Shown here: positions 59,967-64,000 of the stretch, in pieces
Position numbering within the stretch: position 1 is the first letter of the stretch
Layout of the letters: each line of letters opens with the position of its first letter
Assembly (NCBI GenBank): GCA_029548865.1
Contig: JAKPMO010000007.1
Span: forward strand, 30,264 to 94,263
Direction: 5' to 3'
DNA from: Caldisericota bacterium
Lineage (GTDB): Bacteria > Caldisericota > Caldisericia > JAAYUI01
Length of the DNA: 64,000 bases
The notes under the pieces: generated by a model
Databases searched by the model: none
What the model was told of the DNA's origin: nothing
The model's input: only the letters and a program-made list of their open reading frames with translations
Made by a program: the position numbers and the translations under genes

Positions 59967-61379
59967 ATGAGTGTAAAAGACGGCTTTAAGACCGCCTGGA
60001 AGTGGTTTGCTGATGCCACATGGCTTCAATACATCCTTGTTTTCCTGGGAATACCGGCACTTGTAAGATGGATTTTCCAGCCCGTAGTGGTTTCTGTTGT
60101 AACCAAGATGTACAACTTGAACAACCTTTATGGACAAAGCCTTGAGTATACGCATTATGCAAGGGGCATGGCCGATTTTTATGGAAGATGGATGTTCAAC
60201 GTTATTTTCCTCATCTTCCTGGCCTTCTTCCTCATATACCTCATCCTCAAAGAAAGACCAAACCTCAACTTGTGGGGACTCCACTGGAACAGGATTCTCC
60301 CTGGAGTACTCTTTTTTGCGGTGATGTGGGCAATTATCTATTTCATATTCGTGCCAATCGGCTCTTTATTCACCGGCGGTGATACGTTCTATCTTGGTAT
60401 TCCTTCGCCACCCGGCACATCAAACTATGATTTCCACTCCTTCTCCGGCTTCGGCATGTTGCTCCAAGACATGTTCATGACAAAATCACTGTGGGCATTT
60501 GCTGGCCCTGAATCACAGACTGTTGTTCCTGGCAATTGGACAATGGGCATTCTGGATTTCTTGAGGACATGGGTCCTCAATGGACCAATCCTCATGTTCC
60601 TGGTCTTTGGGTTCTTCTTCAACAAGCTCCTCACCATGTTCTCCTCAAACGATATAACTGATAACTCTAACCACTCGGGGTCTAGGGTCTTTTCTTCGTT
60701 GTTCTTCGCGTCACTTTCCGTGCCTCTGCTTTTCGCACTCTACCGCAAAGTAGACCTTGTGCTATCAAGCCCAACTATTGAGGTCTCAGGCGCCACTGAA
60801 GCTGCCACCCAATATGGGGCCAGCCAAGGCAATCTGATATGGCTTCTCTGTTTCTGGCTTCTGATTGCCGTACTATTCAACCTTTCCTTCCTGTGGGCTT
60901 ATATCGAGAAGAGGAAAAAACCGCTTGGCGACTGGGGTATTTCCCTTTCGAAGTGGCTCCCTGGAACAATCGTCTTCATTCTCGGTTTCGGAATCTCTCT
61001 GCTCGCAGGCTGGCACCTTGCTCCAATCACCAATGGTGTTGTCCAGTCTTCAGGATTGTTTGGGCCATTTGAATCTTACTTTGGCATCTTTCTGTATGCC
61101 CTAATTTGCGGCTGGATATATATAAGGACAAGAAATCTCATTGCAACGGCACTTGTTTATGCTTCACTGCCATGGTTCTTCAATTTTATCCTGGTTTCAC
61201 CAAATAAATCACCCACTCTGATTGGATTCCTGTTTGCAATTCTTGTCGTATTCCTCCTCGTCCTCGGATTTGTTGAATCCTACAGATTCTGGGCCCCATA
61301 CATTACTTTCAACATCGTATATGAGAAAATCGAAACACCAGAGCTAGAAAACCCAACGACTGAAAACAAGGAAGAGTGA
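59967..61379 (+). CDS. polytopic membrane protein, function unknown
   Basis: 470 aa, ~10 predicted TM. Stop overlaps the polA start. Confidence 0.45.
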   Translation: MSVKDGFKTAWKWFADATWLQYILVFLGIPALVRWIFQPVVVSVVTKMYNLNNLYGQSLEYTHYARGMADFYGRWMFNVIFLIFLAFFLIYLILKERPNLNLWGLHWNRILPGVLFFAVMWAIIYFIFVPIGSLFTGGDTFYLGIPSPPGTSNYDFHSFSGFGMLLQDMFMTKSLWAFAGPESQTVVPGNWTMGILDFLRTWVLNGPILMFLVFGFFFNKLLTMFSSNDITDNSNHSGSRVFSSLFFASLSVPLLFALYRKVDLVLSSPTIEVSGATEAATQYGASQGNLIWLLCFWLLIAVLFNLSFLWAYIEKRKKPLGDWGISLSKWLPGTIVFILGFGISLLAGWHLAPITNGVVQSSGLFGPFESYFGIFLYALICGWIYIRTRNLIATALVYASLPWFFNFILVSPNKSPTLIGFLFAILVVFLLVLGFVESYRFWAPYITFNIVYEKIETPELENPTTENKEE

Positions 61380-63823
61380 TGGCAAAGGTCCTGCTTCTTG
61401 ACGGCATGAGTCTGCTTTTCAGGGCATACCATGCAATGCCAAAGATGTCGTCCAAGGACGGGACCCCAACAGGTGCGTTATACGGTTTCTTGAGGCTGTT
61501 CTACAACATCGTGGACAAAGAGCATCCGGATTATGTGGCAGTTTGTCTTGACCGGAAGGAAAAAACCTTCAGGGAAGAGGCGGATTCTTCATATAAAGCC
61601 AACAGGCCAACACCTGATGAAGACATGATCGCCCAGATAGTTATGTTTCCAAAACTCCTCACTGATATGGGTATCCCAAGCCTTTCACAGGCAGGTTTTG
61701 AGGCTGATGACGTCATCGCAACCGTTGCAAAAAAAGAAAAAGAAAATGGTAACCAGGTGATCATCATCACTGGCGACAAAGATGTTCTTCAAACACTTGA
61801 TGACGGTATAAAAGCATACATAAACAAAAAAGGCATGTCCGAGATTGACGAGTACACGCCCGCTTCCCTGCAGGAAAAAACTGGGATGACCCCATCCCAG
61901 TTTCTCTTCTTCAAAGCTCTCAAGGGTGACCCATCGGACAACTACCAGGGGGTGCCCGGCATTGGCGAAAAAACTGCCCAGAAAATAGCTTCTGAAGCAT
62001 CATCTGTTGAGGACGTCGAAAAAAATCCAAAAGTGGCCCAAAACATCGATGCCTTCAAACACTCGCTGATGCTTGCATCCATAAGATATGATGTACCATT
62101 GTCATACAAACTTAACGACCTCAAAATGCAGCCCGATCCAGAAAAGGCAGTGTCATTTCTGCGCAATTTTGATTTCAGGACGCTTGTCTCAAGGTTTGCG
62201 AAACAGGAAAAAACCACCGTAAGAAAAGTATCTTCCAACGAAGCTGCAAGTCTCATTGACGGGCCATTTGCGCTCTGCTGGGAAGGTTGTCTTCAGGTAT
62301 GGAACAGCAATAATGTCCTTGAAGTAGACGTCGGATCAGGCCTGTTCCAGAAAACTGACCAGGCACTAAAAGATCTCCAGAAACCGCTTCTGTCAAAACA
62401 CGAGAAAGTTGTTACAGATCTCAAGGAACTCCTGCGGACCGTTGATGTTGAAGACCCAGTTTTTGACGTACAGCTTGCAGCATGGATAGACGAACCCGGA
62501 AGATCGAGCTACTCGATAGAGTCCCTCATCACCGCATATCTGGATGATTCTCCACCACCCGGACTAGCAATACACAAGATTGCCGAAAGGGTCAGGACAA
62601 ATCTCGATGAGAAAGGCCAAATTGGGCTCCTGATTGATGTCGAACAGCCAGTGTCCAGGGTGCTGGCAAACATGGAAACAAGGGGCATAAAAATCGACAG
62701 AGAGGCCCTTCGCGAACTCTCCTTGCAGCTTGAAAAAGGGATAACAGAAAAATCCTCTCAAGTTTACGAAATAGCCAACACCACATTCAACATTCTCTCA
62801 CCAAAACAGCTTGGTGATGTGCTTTTCCAGAAAATGGGCCTTGAGCCGCTCAAAAAGACAAAAACAGGCTTTTCTACATCACAAGAAGTCCTTGAACAGC
62901 TAAAGCCGGCCAGTCCGGCCATAGGCCTCATACTTGAGGTCAGGGAGCTCTCAAAACTCAAATCAACCTATGTTGATGCACTCCCAACCTATTGTGACAA
63001 TCAGAGCAGAGTTCACACAACATACATCCAGACTGGAACTGCAACCGGAAGATTGTCTTCGACCAATCCAAACCTGCAAAACATTCCGATAAGATCTGAC
63101 TGGGGCGGAAAGATAAGGCGTTGTTTTGTCACCGAGCAAGGGAAAACCTTTGTATCGGCAGATTACTCACAGATAGAGCTGAGGCTGCTTGCACACCTCT
63201 CTGGCGATGAAGAACTTGTGAAGGCGTTTAATTCAGGCGAAGACATCCACACCCACACTGCAAGAGTTGTCTTTGGGGTTAGTGATGTAACTCCAGCCCA
63301 GAGAAGACAAGCCAAGATCATCAACTTTGGCGTTTTGTATGGCATGTCAGCCCACAGGCTTTCAAACGAATTCGGAGTCAGCTTCAAGGAAGCCGACAAT
63401 TTTATAAAAGAATATTTCGAGCGCTTCAGTGGCGTTTCAAAATACATCAAGGAAGTGGTCGAACAAGGAAGGAAAAAAGGCTACACGGAAACCATCCTTG
63501 GCCGCAGGCGCTATGTGCCAGACCTTCTTTCAAAAGATTTCCAGGTAAGATCAGCAGGTGAAAGGGCGGCGGTCAATTCGCCAATCCAGGGTTCGGCCGC
63601 CGACATAATCAAGCTTGCCATGATTAGACTTGAACAAAAGCTTGAAAAAACAAGGTCGAGACTCCTTCTTCAAATCCATGATGAACTTGTACTTGAATGT
63701 CCCGATGACGAAACTGATGAGATGGTCCATCTCATCAAGGAGGTCATGGAAAACGTTTGTGAGTCAAGAGTCCCATTCACATGCGAAGTCCATTCGGGCA
63801 AAAACCTTCTAGAGGCAAAATAA
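61376..63823 (+). CDS. polA: DNA polymerase I (815 aa, probably lacking 3'-5' proofreading)
   Basis: 5' nuclease N-terminus. Motif A 'DYSQIELR'. Motif B 'RRQAKIINFGVLYG'. Motif C 'QIHDELVLE'. Confidence 0.9.
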   Translation: MMAKVLLLDGMSLLFRAYHAMPKMSSKDGTPTGALYGFLRLFYNIVDKEHPDYVAVCLDRKEKTFREEADSSYKANRPTPDEDMIAQIVMFPKLLTDMGIPSLSQAGFEADDVIATVAKKEKENGNQVIIITGDKDVLQTLDDGIKAYINKKGMSEIDEYTPASLQEKTGMTPSQFLFFKALKGDPSDNYQGVPGIGEKTAQKIASEASSVEDVEKNPKVAQNIDAFKHSLMLASIRYDVPLSYKLNDLKMQPDPEKAVSFLRNFDFRTLVSRFAKQEKTTVRKVSSNEAASLIDGPFALCWEGCLQVWNSNNVLEVDVGSGLFQKTDQALKDLQKPLLSKHEKVVTDLKELLRTVDVEDPVFDVQLAAWIDEPGRSSYSIESLITAYLDDSPPPGLAIHKIAERVRTNLDEKGQIGLLIDVEQPVSRVLANMETRGIKIDREALRELSLQLEKGITEKSSQVYEIANTTFNILSPKQLGDVLFQKMGLEPLKKTKTGFSTSQEVLEQLKPASPAIGLILEVRELSKLKSTYVDALPTYCDNQSRVHTTYIQTGTATGRLSSTNPNLQNIPIRSDWGGKIRRCFVTEQGKTFVSADYSQIELRLLAHLSGDEELVKAFNSGEDIHTHTARVVFGVSDVTPAQRRQAKIINFGVLYGMSAHRLSNEFGVSFKEADNFIKEYFERFSGVSKYIKEVVEQGRKKGYTETILGRRRYVPDLLSKDFQVRSAGERAAVNSPIQGSAADIIKLAMIRLEQKLEKTRSRLLLQIHDELVLECPDDETDEMVHLIKEVMENVCESRVPFTCEVHSGKNLLEAK

Positions 63824-64000
63824 TGGCATACATCCTAGGAATAACAGGCGGAATGTCGTCTGGAAAAACAACCGCTTCAAAGTGCCTTCAGGGAGAGAGG
63901 ACCTACGTTATTGATGTCGATGAACTGGCGCGCCCACTCCATCAGCCTGGCTGTGAGGTGTACAACCAGATCGTTGAGAAATTTGGAAAATCAGTTTGTA
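63824..64000 (+). CDS. coaE: dephospho-CoA kinase, 3'-truncated by the window edge
   Basis: 'ILGITGGMSSGKTT' P-loop. Start 1 nt after the polA stop. Confidence 0.65.

Noticed and set aside
59892-60284. 258-aa extended RidA ORF on the minus strand
   Set aside because: The RidA core starts at MDKK (59891) with AAGGAGG upstream. The extension overlaps the plus-strand membrane protein gene and has no homology.
1-64000. CRISPR arrays, tRNA/rRNA genes, transposases/integrases
   Set aside because: No regularly spaced direct repeats. No intergenic region with tRNA-like GC-rich cloverleaf arms. No ORF with DDE/tyrosine-recombinase motifs.

Overview
This window looks like a chromosomal segment of a moderately low-GC anaerobe, arranged like a Firmicute. 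Supporting that: valS-folC and greA-lysS adjacencies, a phoPR-pstSCAB-phoU block, copper-amine-oxidase-N-terminal 'stalk' domains on secreted proteins, flavodoxin, nitroreductase and radical SAM genes.

Clear housekeeping genes: valS, folC, an AMMECR1-family gene, greA, lysS, an MthK-like K+ channel, murI, dCMP deaminase, the Pho two-component pair with pstSCAB-phoU, rhomboid protease, lgt, ridA, polA and a 5' fragment of coaE.

Accessory content: a tandem four-gene array of paralogous secreted proteins (2.0-6.9 kb); two tandem UPF0104 membrane paralogs; and a resistance-like cluster of two P-type ATPases, three VOC/glyoxalase proteins, a GNAT and a ferredoxin (29.6-40 kb).

The most interesting part is a low-GC island at about 25.0-29.6 kb. 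Its central finding is a 62-aa Cys-containing peptide gene with a strong SD, read from the sequence. Next comes a GC-cored intrinsic terminator. Then a radical SAM/SPASM enzyme with an N-terminal peptide-recognition-like region, called by motif reading. This is the architecture of a RiPP precursor with attenuator and maturase. A NapH-like polyferredoxin with an acidic anchored peptide lies alongside, as do three tandem-duplicated small 4-TM proteins that may be immunity or export partners. No homologous precursor family is recognisable by eye, so it may be an undescribed RiPP class.

No rRNA, tRNA, CRISPR array or transposase was found.
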